Source: an uncultured Candidatus Peribacteria bacterium (GTDB taxonomy: Bacteria > Patescibacteriota > Gracilibacteria > Peribacterales > Peribacteraceae). From it: 50,033 nucleotides of DNA. The notes below the pieces were generated by a model. The model saw nothing but the letters and a program-made list of their open reading frames with translations. It was not told where the DNA came from and did no database searches. Numbering within the stretch: the stretch's first letter is position 1; each line of letters opens with the position of its first letter. Positions 24,218 to 31,768 of the stretch are shown in pieces. Position numbers and translations under genes: made by a program. The stretch is taken from NCBI GenBank assembly GCA_964623835.1, contig CAZUVN010000001.1:1-50033 (forward strand), read 5' to 3'.

Positions 24218-24838
24218 ATGTCGCTTTCGGAACTGTCGGCACAGTATGCTACTGGCAAAACGAAAAGATTGTTCGATTTGTACGAAGAAGTACTGGGAGA
24301 CAGACGAACGGAGCCTGTAACAGTGCTTGAGCTGGGCATCGAAAAAGGTGGATCACTCCAGCTCTGGCGGGATTATTTCCCATCAGGAACCATCATCGGG
24401 CTCGATAGCGCACACGTTGCGATTGACGATCATTCGGGAAGAATTCATCAATACACAGGTCCACAGCAGGATACCACTCTTTTAGATCAAATCATCCGCG
24501 AACGTGCGCCGGATGGATTCGATATCATCATCGATGACTGTTCACATATTGCGGCGGATGCGCGAGTAAGTTTCTGGCATCTTTTTCCCATGTACGTTCG
24601 TAGCGGTGGTTTGTATATGATCGAGGATTGGGCGACAGGGTATTGGGATACGTGGCCGGATGGCAAAAAATATGACGGATCGAATCATCAAGCGGGGATG
24701 GTTGGATTTATTAAGGAATTGGTTGATGAATGCGAGGCATGGACGATCACGCATGAGACACACGGCATTCCGCCGCATCGTGCGACACACATTCAATCCC
24801 TGCGGATTTTCCCCGGTTTAGTTGTGGTACAGCGCTAA
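24218..24838 (+). CDS. class I SAM-dependent methyltransferase
   Basis: 206-aa ORF. VLELGIEKGGS (motif I-like), IIGLD and IIIDDCSH...GGLYMIEDW are typical of the Rossmann-fold methyltransferase layout. Substrate unknown. Confidence 0.65.
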   Translation: MSLSELSAQYATGKTKRLFDLYEEVLGDRRTEPVTVLELGIEKGGSLQLWRDYFPSGTIIGLDSAHVAIDDHSGRIHQYTGPQQDTTLLDQIIRERAPDGFDIIIDDCSHIAADARVSFWHLFPMYVRSGGLYMIEDWATGYWDTWPDGKKYDGSNHQAGMVGFIKELVDECEAWTITHETHGIPPHRATHIQSLRIFPGLVVVQR

Positions 24839-24852
24839 TCCGGAAGACACGT

Positions 24853-25260
24853 TTACAACGATTTCAGGTCTTCCCACTCGCCGTATCCCGATTCTTCGTC
24901 CACTGTGCGGTGGCGAATGGTTGCTTGTTCCGCTTCGCCAATGAAGAGAGCGTAGTCATCGCCTCCGCCAGCCCACCAACAGCGAATGTATGCCGGGCTT
25001 TCTGCTAAATCGGCGATATCGGCAACCTGCGTCGTGCCGATACACGTTGTCGAAAAGAGCTCTTCTTTTGCTCCCACTACCTTCAGGGCAATTCTATTCT
25101 GCGGAATACCATCCTGCTCTCCCTCGCTGTAGGCATACCACTCCATGGCCATTCGCTTGGCGGCAGGCGGCGTGTCGGGTTGAACATGAGTAACGGGGCT
25201 CGGTTCGGCGCATGCAGAAAGAGCCAGGGTGATGATGGCAAGAGGGAGGATGTGTTTCAT
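24853..25260 (-). CDS. hypothetical lipoprotein
   Basis: 135-aa ORF with signal peptide and lipobox (LALSAC). Confidence 0.55.
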   Translation of the reverse strand: MKHILPLAIITLALSACAEPSPVTHVQPDTPPAAKRMAMEWYAYSEGEQDGIPQNRIALKVVGAKEELFSTTCIGTTQVADIADLAESPAYIRCWWAGGGDDYALFIGEAEQATIRHRTVDEESGYGEWEDLKSL

Positions 25261-25332
25261 GCGACAATCATACCCTCAGGAAAGCTTCACGCGAAGTATC
25301 CTTCGACGAGCTCAGGATGACATTTCTTCCTG

Positions 25333-26778
25333 CTATTGCAGTTTATTGCGAAGAAGCTCATTTATCTTACCTGGATTAGCCTGACCCTTCGTCTCTTTCA
25401 TGATCCACCCGACCAATGCACCGAGTGCTGCCTGCTTGCCGGCTTTGTAGTCGGCGACGGACTTATCGTTTGCGGCAATTGCCTTATCGACAATTTCTGC
25501 CAACGCGCCTTCGTCGGAAATCTGCTTCATGCCCGATTCCTCAATAATCTGTTGTGCGCTTTTACCGGTCTCGACCATTTTCGTGAGTACTTCTTTACCG
25601 GTGTTGGCCGAAATGGCACCACTATCGATTGCTCCAATCAGTTGCAGAATCGCCGCTGCATCAGGACCATCTGCAATGGTTTTCTCTTGTGCCTTCAACG
25701 CGCCTAACAATTGTGTCAGAACAATGCCCGATGCCCGACCGGCATCATTGGTTTTCGTGTATACCGCATCGAAGATTGATCGCAGCTGTGCATCATCGGA
25801 TAGCTGTAACGCCTGCGATCCTGTCAGTCCCATATCCGCATAGACCTTGCGCTGTGCACGTGGCAGAGCGGGAAGTGAAGAGCGGACATGCGCGATCTGC
25901 GATTCCTCAAAATGCAACGGCGGAATGTCCGGCTCGGGGAAGTAGCGGTAATCCTGTGCATCTTCTTTGTCGCGGAGCATGCGGGTCGTGCCTTCATCAT
26001 CCTGCCATCCCACGGTGATGCTGCCTTTTAGGGGGCCGCCGTCTTGTTCCCACAAATCACGCAGTCGCTTTTCCTCATACTGTAGTGCGCGCTCCAGTGC
26101 TTTAAACGAGTTGAGGTTTTTGATTTCACTGCGCGGATTCAGTTTCTCTGTGCCAACCTCACGCAGGGAGATCGACGCATCAAAGCGCATCATGCCTTTG
26201 AACATGTCCGCGTCCGATGCATCGACGCTGATTAACATCCGTCGCAGCTCTTGAGCGAATGCAACAGCTTCATCGGCGCTACGCAAATCCGGCTCGGTCA
26301 CAATTTCCATTAATGGCGTGCCGGCGCGGTTGTAATCACACAGTGTCGTGGACCCGATATGCGTCAGCTTTCCCGCATCGTTTTCCATGTGCAGACGAGT
26401 GATGCCGCAGACTTTCTCGCCGATAATCTTGCCTGATGCGTCGATTACGTCGTAGGTGACGGATCCGCCCTTCGCGAGCGGGAAGTCGTACTGTGAAATC
26501 TGAAAGCCCGATGGCAGGTCGGGGTAGAAATAATGTTTGCGGTCGAAATGATTATCCTTCTGGATGGCGCACCCCAGCGCTAGTGAGGCTTTTAAAGCCT
26601 TGGCGACAGCTTCGGCGTTTACCACCGGCAGCGTGCCAGGATGTCCCATACAGATGGGGCAGACAGTCGTGTTTGGCGCTTTTTCGAATGCGTCATTGTC
26701 GCACGAGCAGAACATTTTGGTCTTGGTGCTCATTTGCGCGTGGACTTCTAGGCCGATAATCGCTTCTAGATGCGGCAT
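25333..26778 (-). CDS. gatB: Asp-tRNA(Asn)/Glu-tRNA(Gln) amidotransferase subunit B
   Basis: IGLEVHAQM..KTKMFCSC, CPICMGHPGTLP and the C-terminal YqeY-like tail. Start trimmed to the ATG at 26778, which has GGAGG 4 nt upstream. Confidence 0.95.
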   Translation of the reverse strand: MPHLEAIIGLEVHAQMSTKTKMFCSCDNDAFEKAPNTTVCPICMGHPGTLPVVNAEAVAKALKASLALGCAIQKDNHFDRKHYFYPDLPSGFQISQYDFPLAKGGSVTYDVIDASGKIIGEKVCGITRLHMENDAGKLTHIGSTTLCDYNRAGTPLMEIVTEPDLRSADEAVAFAQELRRMLISVDASDADMFKGMMRFDASISLREVGTEKLNPRSEIKNLNSFKALERALQYEEKRLRDLWEQDGGPLKGSITVGWQDDEGTTRMLRDKEDAQDYRYFPEPDIPPLHFEESQIAHVRSSLPALPRAQRKVYADMGLTGSQALQLSDDAQLRSIFDAVYTKTNDAGRASGIVLTQLLGALKAQEKTIADGPDAAAILQLIGAIDSGAISANTGKEVLTKMVETGKSAQQIIEESGMKQISDEGALAEIVDKAIAANDKSVADYKAGKQAALGALVGWIMKETKGQANPGKINELLRNKLQ

Positions 26779-26858
26779 TTCGCCTCCAGAGTGCCTTATA
26801 TTGTTCGTATTCGCAACGTGCTTGACGCACACATAAAGAGGATTAGGCTGCCTGACCA

Positions 26859-27437
26859 ATGCAGGAAATGATGGAATCCTCATCGGCCGATCTGGTGATC
26901 GCAATGCAGCAGGGCTCCGGAGAAGCATTCCGAGAGTTATACCAACAATATTGGCCGACCGTATTTGGTGTTGCCATGAGACGTTGTCGCAATAGAACAA
27001 AAGCTGAAGAGGTAACCCAGCATGTGTTTATGATTGTTCATCATAAAAGGTCTCAATTGCGCGAGCCGGAACATTTTCCAGGATGGCTGAAAAGAATTGC
27101 AGTACGTACATCTATTAATTACATGACGCGTGGACCACAGGAAGATCCGATGGAGTTCATGGGGGAGTTCTACGAGGCTGATTCTGAAACTCCGGATATT
27201 GATGTTCTACGACGCGAACAAGCGGTGCATGTCAGAATTGTTCTTGAGAATGATGTTAGAGCGTTAGATCGCGATACCATTCAAGCCTTTTATTTCGACG
27301 GACTATCGCTCAAGGAAATGTCAGAAAAGTTTTCGGCTCCTGTGGGAACCATTAAGAGAAGACTGCACACGGCACGCCAGCGATTCGCAGAGAGCTTACT
27401 GCGAGCGGGTGTTGTTGAACCTGGTGAAGAGTTTTAG
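26859..27437 (+). CDS. ECF-type RNA polymerase sigma factor (no adjacent anti-sigma gene)
   Basis: 192-aa ORF. Region 2 (AEEVTQHVFMIV, GWLKRIAVRTSINY) and region 4 (LSLKEMSEKFSAPVGTIKRRLHTARQRF). Confidence 0.85.
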   Translation: MQEMMESSSADLVIAMQQGSGEAFRELYQQYWPTVFGVAMRRCRNRTKAEEVTQHVFMIVHHKRSQLREPEHFPGWLKRIAVRTSINYMTRGPQEDPMEFMGEFYEADSETPDIDVLRREQAVHVRIVLENDVRALDRDTIQAFYFDGLSLKEMSEKFSAPVGTIKRRLHTARQRFAESLLRAGVVEPGEEF

Positions 27438-27892
27438 AGCGCTTTCCCGTGTGGGCCGTAATCGACAATCAATTTGCCGTCGAGGTGATCAACTTCGTGC
27501 TGGATCACTCGTGCGTCCATTGCCGAGAACATTCGCTCTTGTTCCGCCCCTTTTCCATCCAGATAGGTGACGCGAATGGACGTGGAGCGGGGGACTTGCA
27601 CCCAGATACCGGGCAAACTCAGACACCCTTCTTCGGCATATTCCTGCTCTTCACTGCGTTGCGTAATCAGCGGGTTCACCATTGGCATCAGCTTTCCGCC
27701 AATATAGACAATGCACAGACGTTCCGTCCGTCCGATTTGTGGTGCGGCAAGACCTAGGCCATCGGCGACAATAGTCGTCTCTTGCATGTCTTTCAGCAGT
27801 TTCTGAATCTCCTTGGTCACCTTTGTAACTGGCTTAGTCTTGGTGCGGAGAATGGGCGTATCTGCGCCGGTGATAATGGGTAGAACGGACAT
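27434..27892 (-). CDS. def: peptide deformylase
   Basis: 152-aa ORF with the GLGLAAPQIG, EGCLSLPG and HEVDHLDG motifs. Confidence 0.95.
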   Translation of the reverse strand: MSVLPIITGADTPILRTKTKPVTKVTKEIQKLLKDMQETTIVADGLGLAAPQIGRTERLCIVYIGGKLMPMVNPLITQRSEEQEYAEEGCLSLPGIWVQVPRSTSIRVTYLDGKGAEQERMFSAMDARVIQHEVDHLDGKLIVDYGPHGKAL

Positions 27893-27912
27893 CGGGTATA
27901 GGGTAAAGGGAA

Positions 27913-27996
27913 AATGCAGAATTGAGAATTCAGAATTAAGAATTAAATAGAGATTCCGCTTAAAAATTCTGAATCCTACATTCTGAATTCTGAATC
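27913..27996. repeat. GAATT-type periodic-arm hairpin (intergenic copy)
   Basis: aatgcagaattgagaattcagaattaagaatt ... aattctgaatcctacattctgaattctgaatc are complementary arms. Same family as 16522-16650 and 19469-19551. Confidence 0.85.
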
Positions 27997-28575
27997 TTAT
28001 CTACCCGCAGTTTGCATAATTCCCGCCTTTCGTCGCAGTTCATCCATCGACTGAATTCGGCCTTCGTTGAGCATTTTCAGCAGAATCTTTGCCGTCTGAA
28101 TCACATCCGGCAGCGCACGGTGGCGGTTTTCCGGCAGTGAAAGACCGAAGCGCTCGCTTAAAATATCGAGATTATGACGGAAAGCAGTGGGATACAGGTT
28201 CTGGCTCAGTCGCATGGTACAGACACACTCCGGCAGCTCGATATACCCCCAGCAGAACTCCTTTTCACATTCCAAAAAGCCCATATCAAACTGTGCGTTG
28301 TGAGCGACCAAAATCGATCCCTTTGCGAATTCCAGGAACTCCGGAAGCACGGTCATGATGGTCGGCGCATCGGCGACGTCCGATTCATCGATTTTGTTTA
28401 TCTGTTTCGCTTCCCACGGAATATCGCGTTCTGGGTTCACAAATGTCGAGAATGTCCGGTCTTCCAAAATAATGCCGTTTTCAATGCGAACGCCCGCAAT
28501 TTCAACAATCCTGTGCCCTTTGCGTGGGTCCAGTCCGGTCGTCTCGGTATCGAAAACAGTCAGCGGAGGAAGCAT
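27997..28575 (-). CDS. DnaQ-like 3'-5' exonuclease (DNA polymerase III epsilon family)
   Basis: 192-aa ORF. Exo I VFDTETTGLDP, Exo II LVAHNAQFDMGFL and Exo III HRALPDV. Confidence 0.85.
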   Translation of the reverse strand: MLPPLTVFDTETTGLDPRKGHRIVEIAGVRIENGIILEDRTFSTFVNPERDIPWEAKQINKIDESDVADAPTIMTVLPEFLEFAKGSILVAHNAQFDMGFLECEKEFCWGYIELPECVCTMRLSQNLYPTAFRHNLDILSERFGLSLPENRHRALPDVIQTAKILLKMLNEGRIQSMDELRRKAGIMQTAGR

Positions 28576-28663
28576 GGGCGAGAACTATAGCTGACCCGGC
28601 GGCAGGCAACAGAAAGTTCCTTGTACATTTGGCAATCAAGCGTTGCGAAATCATAAAAGTATG

Positions 28664-28730
28664 AAATTGCTAAACTGTTAAATTGTTAAATTGCTCGGTA
28701 TCTGTTAACAATTTAGCAATTTAACAAATT
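28664..28730. repeat. TTAAATTG-type periodic-arm hairpin
   Basis: aaattgctaaactgttaaattgttaaattgct / tgttaacaatttagcaatttaacaaatt are complementary arms, 5 nt upstream of the nth ATG. Confidence 0.8.
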
Positions 28731-28735
28731 CTATC

Positions 28736-29464
28736 ATGCCGCCTCGTTCGGATGCCGTCCCACTGGATCGAGTCATGAAGGAGTTAGATGCGTTGTACGA
28801 TCCGCCAAAGACATTTCTGCATTTCCGAACGCCGGTCGATTTGATGGTTGCGGTTATTTTGAGTGCGCAGTGTACCGATGCCCGCGTGAACATCGTGACG
28901 GAGACAATTCTCTACCCGAAATATAAGACCGCGAAGGATTACGTCGATGTGCCCCGTAATGAGCTGGAGAAAGATATCCAGAGCTGCGGAACGTTTCGCA
29001 TGAAGGCGAAGTATATTCAGGAAGCGTGTGCCATGTTGATCAATCGTTTTAACAATGACATGCCGCGAACCATTGCAGAGTTAACCCAGATGCCCGGTGT
29101 CGGTCGTAAAACCGCATCGGTGATTCTTGCCGCCGCGTTCGATATCAACGAGGGGATTGCAGTCGACACCCATGTGCAGCGTGTTGCTCAACGACTTGGA
29201 CTTTCTGCTTCGTCCGACGTGAAAAAAATCGAATTAGATTTGATGGCAGCTGCGCCGCAAAAACGTTGGCGTGAGGTGACCACGTTGATTATCAGTCATG
29301 GACGTGCGGTTTGCACGGCGCGTGCACGGAAGTGTGGGGGGTGCGTCTTCAAAGAAGATTGCCCGTCATCGCTGGTGATGGGGCGAAGCGATAAGGCTGC
29401 TCCCCGCCTACGCCGAGGCTTTGGCGAGCAGGCGAAGAAGAGTGGGATGGGGCGCAAAAAATAA
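28736..29464 (+). CDS. nth: endonuclease III
   Basis: 242-aa ORF. HhH-GPD (LTQMPGVGRKTASVIL), catalytic D in IAVDTHV and a C-x6-C-x2-C-x5-C Fe-S cluster loop. Basic C-terminal tail. Confidence 0.9.
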   Translation: MPPRSDAVPLDRVMKELDALYDPPKTFLHFRTPVDLMVAVILSAQCTDARVNIVTETILYPKYKTAKDYVDVPRNELEKDIQSCGTFRMKAKYIQEACAMLINRFNNDMPRTIAELTQMPGVGRKTASVILAAAFDINEGIAVDTHVQRVAQRLGLSASSDVKKIELDLMAAAPQKRWREVTTLIISHGRAVCTARARKCGGCVFKEDCPSSLVMGRSDKAAPRLRRGFGEQAKKSGMGRKK

Positions 29465-29488
29465 CCGCCTTCCCTATAGAGAAGGCGG
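29465..29488 (+). terminator. hairpin after nth (ccgccttc-cctataga-gaaggcgg)
   Basis: 8-bp stem directly after the stop codon. No T-run. Confidence 0.3.
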
Positions 29489-29657
29489 TGGATAAACGGA
29501 CTCCGATATGAAAGCCGGCGTATGAACTGAACTTTGGAGTCCGGTGCCAGACATTCTCGTGATTTTCTATTCCGTGTCAAACACTATCTATGAGAAGAAT
29601 ACGGCCATTTTGAAGTCCAAACGGCTGCATTCTTTTGCATTAAAACCGTATTTTCTC

Positions 29658-29685
29658 TTTACATGGGTCAAGTAATTCATACAAT
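29658..29685 (+). promoter_or_regulatory. sigma70-like promoter TTTACA-16-TACAAT
   Basis: Read directly. The -10 box ends 14 nt before the ATG at 29700, and no Shine-Dalgarno sequence lies between. Confidence 0.4.
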
Positions 29686-29699
29686 TTGCCGCACATTCC

Positions 29700-30638
29700 A
29701 TGAACGCATCCCTGACAACGGCGGCTTTTGATGTATCAACTGAGTCCAGAAATCTGGAATCGATCAGTTATACGCTTGAGAATCTGAGTTCGTCTCCGCG
29801 TCTTCCAGTCGATTTGACGCTGGTGATGATTGAAATCCGCAAGAAACTTGGTTGGACGACTGAATTGATCAATTCCACTCTGCTTGAAGGTATCGGAGAG
29901 GGGTCTCTGAATCCGGTCAGTGGCAAGCTCATTGCTTTAGAGGGTTCAATTGAGGCATTCGTTCTGGCTGATGGTACAGCGGCCACGATTCGTATTCATC
30001 CGTCTCACACGACGATTGAGTCCATTAATGAGAGTGAGGTCCGTCAGATGATCGAATCATCCACCCCCTTTGTGCCTTCCATGACTGATCCTACTTGGAC
30101 GCAGCCGGGGCTTGATGATCCGTTCATGCGCAAAGATCCACAGTCACAAGATCCCCGCAGTGCGGAGATTGGCTGGCCTGAAAATTACGTTATGCCGGAG
30201 AAATACATGCGCATGGGACAGGAAGTGAATGGTGATCTGTGGGAGTGCGTAAATCTACCTGATGATCCTGAATCGATGTTCATGGCGATGATCAATGCCG
30301 CCCGCGAAACGCGCGTATCGATTATGGGCGCGATATTCCAGCGATTCGGTCGGAATCTTCATGGCTCTTTGGCAATTAGTGAATCGGATATGGAGTTGGT
30401 GGTGTATCCGGACGATCGTTTTGCACAAGCATCGTTCTTTACGTGCGGCAATTCAAACCCACGCCCATCGTTAGATTATCTACATACTGCATTCGATGCT
30501 GCCATCACACATGTTCGCGGATTCGTTCGTGGTCGTGCGGTGCCCTTCTCGTATGTGGGAATTGCAGTTCGCGGTGGAAGCGGAAGTACTGTGTGGCAAG
30601 GAGCGGTGGAAAATGATAATGAACTAATAAGTGCTTAA
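29700..30638 (+). CDS. protein with C-terminal S-adenosylmethionine-decarboxylase-like (pyruvoyl-enzyme fold) domain and unknown N-terminal region
   Basis: 312-aa ORF. Residues ~178-285 read WEC...FQRFGRNLHGSLAISESDMELVVYPDDRFAQASFFTCG, which parallels the bacterial SpeH pattern yEC...HrF.P.GvSGvvliSESHl.iHTWPE.gyaa.D.FTCG. Confidence 0.55.
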   Translation: MNASLTTAAFDVSTESRNLESISYTLENLSSSPRLPVDLTLVMIEIRKKLGWTTELINSTLLEGIGEGSLNPVSGKLIALEGSIEAFVLADGTAATIRIHPSHTTIESINESEVRQMIESSTPFVPSMTDPTWTQPGLDDPFMRKDPQSQDPRSAEIGWPENYVMPEKYMRMGQEVNGDLWECVNLPDDPESMFMAMINAARETRVSIMGAIFQRFGRNLHGSLAISESDMELVVYPDDRFAQASFFTCGNSNPRPSLDYLHTAFDAAITHVRGFVRGRAVPFSYVGIAVRGGSGSTVWQGAVENDNELISA

Positions 30639-30725
30639 AAAAAGTGAACAATAATTGCTATGTTCCGCCCTTTATTCGCCTTATACTAGGCGTTCGTAGT
30701 TTTTTGTTTTCTTCTTTCTTATCCT

Positions 30726-30989
30726 ATGTCCAAGAAACTTTTTGCGGCGTTGTCCGTTTCCGTTCTTCTCGCCGCTTGCCAGGGTGCTGTTACGACAGAC
30801 GATGGCATGATGGATGATGATAGCGCTATGTCTGAATCCATGATGATGGATACGTCGTCTGACGATTCCATGATGATGGATGAATCTTCCTCGTCATCCG
30901 AAGATGCGATGATGATGGATGAGAGCAGCAGCTCGGTTGATGGAATGTCCGCTTCGGTTGGCGTTCAGGCCAGCGTTTCCGCTCAGTAA
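30726..30989 (+). CDS. small Met/Asp/Ser-rich lipoprotein
   Basis: 87-aa ORF with lipobox LLAAC. The mature part is dominated by repeated MMMD / SSS blocks. Followed by a strong terminator. Confidence 0.6.
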   Translation: MSKKLFAALSVSVLLAACQGAVTTDDGMMDDDSAMSESMMMDTSSDDSMMMDESSSSSEDAMMMDESSSSVDGMSASVGVQASVSAQ

Positions 30990-31010
30990 GTCTCGTTAGT
31001 TCTACGAAGA

Positions 31011-31041
31011 CCCCGTACGCGAAAGCGCTGCGGGGTTTTTT
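31011..31041 (+). terminator. rho-independent terminator
   Basis: ccccg..cgc-gaaa-gcg..cgggg stem followed by T6. Confidence 0.7.
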
Positions 31042-31043
31042 CG

Positions 31044-31052
31044 TGGTATAAT
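31044..31052 (+). promoter_or_regulatory. extended -10 promoter element TGgTATAAT
   Basis: Read directly, 22 nt upstream of the ATG at 31074. Confidence 0.4.
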
Positions 31053-31073
31053 TCGGAAGTTCCCCCTTCTCTC

Positions 31074-31766
31074 ATGCATCGTATTGTTCTGCTCATCGGC
31101 AGTCTGTCATTGGCGCTTCTTTCCGCATGCACACCGGAGCAGCAACAAGTCATCGATGACATCACGGAACCGGGTAATAGCGGTGGGTGTGTGATTGGCG
31201 GTTGTAGCGGGCAGTTGTGTATCGAAGAAGGAGATGATGGTGTGAGCACTTGTGAGTTTCGTGAGGAATATGCGTGTTATGGTTCTGCTTCCTGCGAACG
31301 GCAAGCAGATGGACAGTGCGGTTGGACACAAACCGATGAATTGACATCGTGTCTTCAAAACCCGCCGTCGATGATGCAGGGAGAGACGGAAATTGAAGCG
31401 CCTGAGGATATGCGCACGCGTAGCATGTATTCGCTCTACGCCCCCTCGGTCCTTGTAGACGGACAAACCAAAGTACTGTTTTTCCACGCGTCGTGGTGTC
31501 CTGTGTGCCGGAAGGCAGATGACACGCTTCGCGGTATCTACAATCAGTGGGATGGATCCGATCTCTCTTTCGATGAGCTGCACGCGCTGTTGCCGCAGTA
31601 CTCCGTCTACAAAGTCGATTACGATACTGAGGCGGATCTTAAAGCCAAGTACGGCGTTACGTATCAGCATACGTTTGTGTTGGTCGACGGGCAGGGGAAT
31701 GCACTGAAAACAATTCAGGGTCCGTCCGATGCAGTACTGAAAGAACTTATCGGTGCCAAATCATAG
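31074..31766 (+). CDS. lipoprotein with N-terminal eight-cysteine domain and C-terminal thioredoxin domain
   Basis: 230-aa ORF with lipobox LLSAC. Eight Cys lie in ~60 aa (GGCVIGGCSGQLC...TCEF...ACYG..SCE...GQCGW...SCL). Thioredoxin motif FFHASWCPVC. Confidence 0.75.
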   Translation: MHRIVLLIGSLSLALLSACTPEQQQVIDDITEPGNSGGCVIGGCSGQLCIEEGDDGVSTCEFREEYACYGSASCERQADGQCGWTQTDELTSCLQNPPSMMQGETEIEAPEDMRTRSMYSLYAPSVLVDGQTKVLFFHASWCPVCRKADDTLRGIYNQWDGSDLSFDELHALLPQYSVYKVDYDTEADLKAKYGVTYQHTFVLVDGQGNALKTIQGPSDAVLKELIGAKS

Positions 31767-31768
31767 CT

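Noticed and set aside
23988-24242. 84-aa minus-strand ORF in the ORF-poor region
   Set aside because: It overlaps the methyltransferase start, has no ribosome-binding site or recognisable motif, and has an odd composition. The region is treated as non-coding or decayed.
26779-27000. 74-codon N-terminal extension of the gatB ORF
   Set aside because: The conserved GatB N-terminus starts at MPHLEAIIGLEVH (ATG at 26778) with GGAGG upstream. The extension would overlap the divergent ECF sigma gene. Similar trimming was applied to thyA (34386 to 34452), folA (37583 to 37637), gpmA (13892 to 13961) and the 47989 lipoprotein (49608 to 49317).
16522-28730. Periodic repeats considered as CRISPR arrays
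   Set aside because: The units are 5-8 nt with no unique spacers. The arrays are under 130 nt and are arranged as inverted arms. No cas genes are present in the window.
29296-29580. 94-aa ORF on the minus strand overlapping the nth 3' end
   Set aside because: It is antisense to the Fe-S cluster region and basic tail of nth. It has an Arg-rich low-complexity composition and no supporting signals.
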